Assembly: GCF_035594765.1 (NCBI RefSeq)
Contig: NC_085841.1
Location: 11,515,636 to 11,579,635, forward strand
Reading direction: 5' to 3'
Length of the DNA: 64,000 nt
From: Anolis carolinensis
Lineage: Eukaryota
In this document: one piece after another, positions 62,386 to 64,000 of the stretch
Position numbering within the stretch: position 1 is the stretch's first letter
How the letters are laid out: the number at the start of each line of letters is the position of its first letter
Made by a program: the position numbers and the translations under genes
Notes under the pieces: model-generated
Database searches by the model: none
Seen by the model: only the letters and a program-made list of their open reading frames with translations
Told to the model about the DNA's origin: nothing

Positions 62386-62520
62386 CCCACAAGAAGAGGG
62401 TCTTTTCCTCTCTTTCTCTCCCGGGTTAAACTCCCCTCTCTCTTTCTCTGGGCTGCCTTCTTCTTCGCCCACTTTCCATTCCTCTTGTCTCACAGGAAGG
62501 GGAATCCTTCCGTCACGTGG
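62386..62520 (-). other. VRK2: Putative non-coding exon 1 of VRK2
   Basis: Minus-strand donor GGG|GTAGGT at 62386/62385, just downstream of the CpG island. The TSS position is a guess. Confidence 0.5.
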
Positions 62521-62720
62521 CTGGGTGGGAAGCATGAATGACAGCGGAGGGAACGCTACGTCACAATCGCGGGGCGGGGCTACGCGGGGGAAAAAAGAAA
62601 GAAAGAAAGGCGATTGGTCGACAATCCACCGCGCGCGGCGTCTCTCCTCCCAGGCCAGCCTATCAGAGCGAGCCGCCTCTTTATTCAACACACAAGCCGG
62701 ATAAACTCTTGGCGGGAAAA
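62505..62720 (-). promoter_or_regulatory. CpG-island promoter of VRK2
   Basis: The only non-TE CpG-dense stretch. GTCACGTG E-box/CRE-like (~62512), TACGTCA (~62557), GGGGCGGGGC GC box (~62571) and ATTGG (CCAAT on minus, ~62614). Lies 3.7 kb upstream of the ATG exon. Confidence 0.7.
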
Positions 62721-63316
62721 GAGGGTAAGTGGGAAAAGGCTATTTACTTAGCGTTGCTTGTTTTTCAGTGATTGCATACAGGCGAGGATTATTATTGCTG
62801 CTTGGACATATTCTTTGTACAATAAACAACATAAAATTACATTTGGAATATCAGTCTTAGGGCCCTTCCACACAGCCCTATATCCCAGAATATCAAGGCA
62901 GAAAATCCCACAATATCTGCTTTTGAACTTTCGATGGGTGAAAAACTCGGGGCTATGTCTGTTTTTATTGTTATTTTAAAGCTAAGTGTATTGTTTTAAT
63001 CTATTTCTGTAAACCAATGTTTAATCTATTTCTGTTGCCAATGTTATATTGCACTTTATTGTCCATTTCAACTGTGAAATTACCTTCCCCATTTTGGCAC
63101 ATTCTGCACTTTGCCTGGGTTCTATGAATTAGTCTCCTGTTTTAATATTGTATGCTTCATGTCGATTTTAACGATTGTTTTTACTGATATTGATGTTTTT
63201 ATTGGGATAATTGTTTTATTGCTGTGTATTGATTTGAATGTTTTATCGGGCAACGCCCCATGTAAGCCACCCCGAGTCCCTTCAGGGAGATGGGGCAGGG
63301 TATAAAAATAAAGTTG

Positions 63317-63366
<50 letters not shown>

Positions 63367-63560
63367 AACCGCTCCGAGCCAAACTGGGAGTAGCGGTATA
63401 CAAGTCTAATAAATAAATAAAACTGGGTTATCTGAGTCCACACTGCCATATATTCCAGTTGAAAGCAGAAAATGTGGGATTTTATTCAGCTTCATGGCAC
63501 TAGTCTCAATTTTCCCACTCCTCATCTCAATGCGTTCTCAAAGTAATAATGCTAATAGTA

Positions 63561-63868
63561 CAGTAGAGTCTCACTTATCCAAGCTAAACGGGCCGGCAGA
63601 AGCTTGGATAAGCAAATATCTTGGATAATAAGGAGGGATTAAGGAGAAGCCTATTAAACATCAAATTAGATTATGATTTTACAAATTAAGCACCAAAACA
63701 TCATGTTATACAACAAATTTGACAGAAAAAGTAGTTCAATACGCAGTAATGCTATGTTGTGATTACTGTATTTGCAAATTTAGCACCAAAATATCATGAT
63801 ATATTGAAAACATTGACTACAAAAATGGCTTGGATAATCCAGAGGCTTGGATAAGTGAGACTCTACTG
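63561..63868. mobile_element. Tc1/mariner-type MITE
   Basis: Perfect TIRs CAGTAGAGTCTCACTTATCCAAGC with TA TSDs. Confidence 0.92.
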
Positions 63869-64000
63869 TAATACTAATGCATTATCCTTCCCTCCAGTGA
63901 GCAGCCGGGCATTATTTCCTGGTGGATGGACTGGTTGGATCTTCTTGCCAAGGTCCAAGGCACTCTCAGGATTTTCCTCCAGCACCAGAGTTCAAAAGCG

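Noticed and set aside
62251-62771. 124-146 aa ORFs at the CpG island
   Set aside because: Purine/GC-biased promoter sequence with no domain features.

Overview
Vertebrate genomic DNA, almost certainly a squamate and probably an Anolis lizard, judged from its repeat content (Sauria-type SINEs, SPIN, Vingi, Penelope). The window holds the 5' three-quarters of a minus-strand VRK2 (vaccinia-related kinase 2) gene. That comprises a CpG-island promoter and probable non-coding exon 1 (~62.4-62.7 kb) plus nine coding exons (58679 down to 8181; 865 nt, all AG/GT-bounded and phase-compatible). The gene continues beyond the left edge. The introns are packed with transposons. The main one is a full-length, young but frameshifted DIRS1-type tyrosine-recombinase retrotransposon (748-6734) with ITRs, an ICR, gag, RT/RNase H, an adenine-methyltransferase-like domain missed by the ORF track, and a recombinase. 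It sits inside an L2 LINE fragment. Other elements are palindromic Penelope-like terminal repeats carrying minimal hammerhead-ribozyme motifs, a non-autonomous Helitron with a 112-bp x4 internal array, a four-level nested SINE/hAT/mariner/hAT stack, SPIN and other MITEs, Vingi/CR1/RTE fragments and several SINE families. There is one assembly gap (33995-34214). I found no CRISPR array or true rRNA/tRNA gene, and no system I can call wholly new. The interesting items are known element classes whose structure can be read unusually clearly here. Repeat-family names come from recalled consensus motifs, not database searches.
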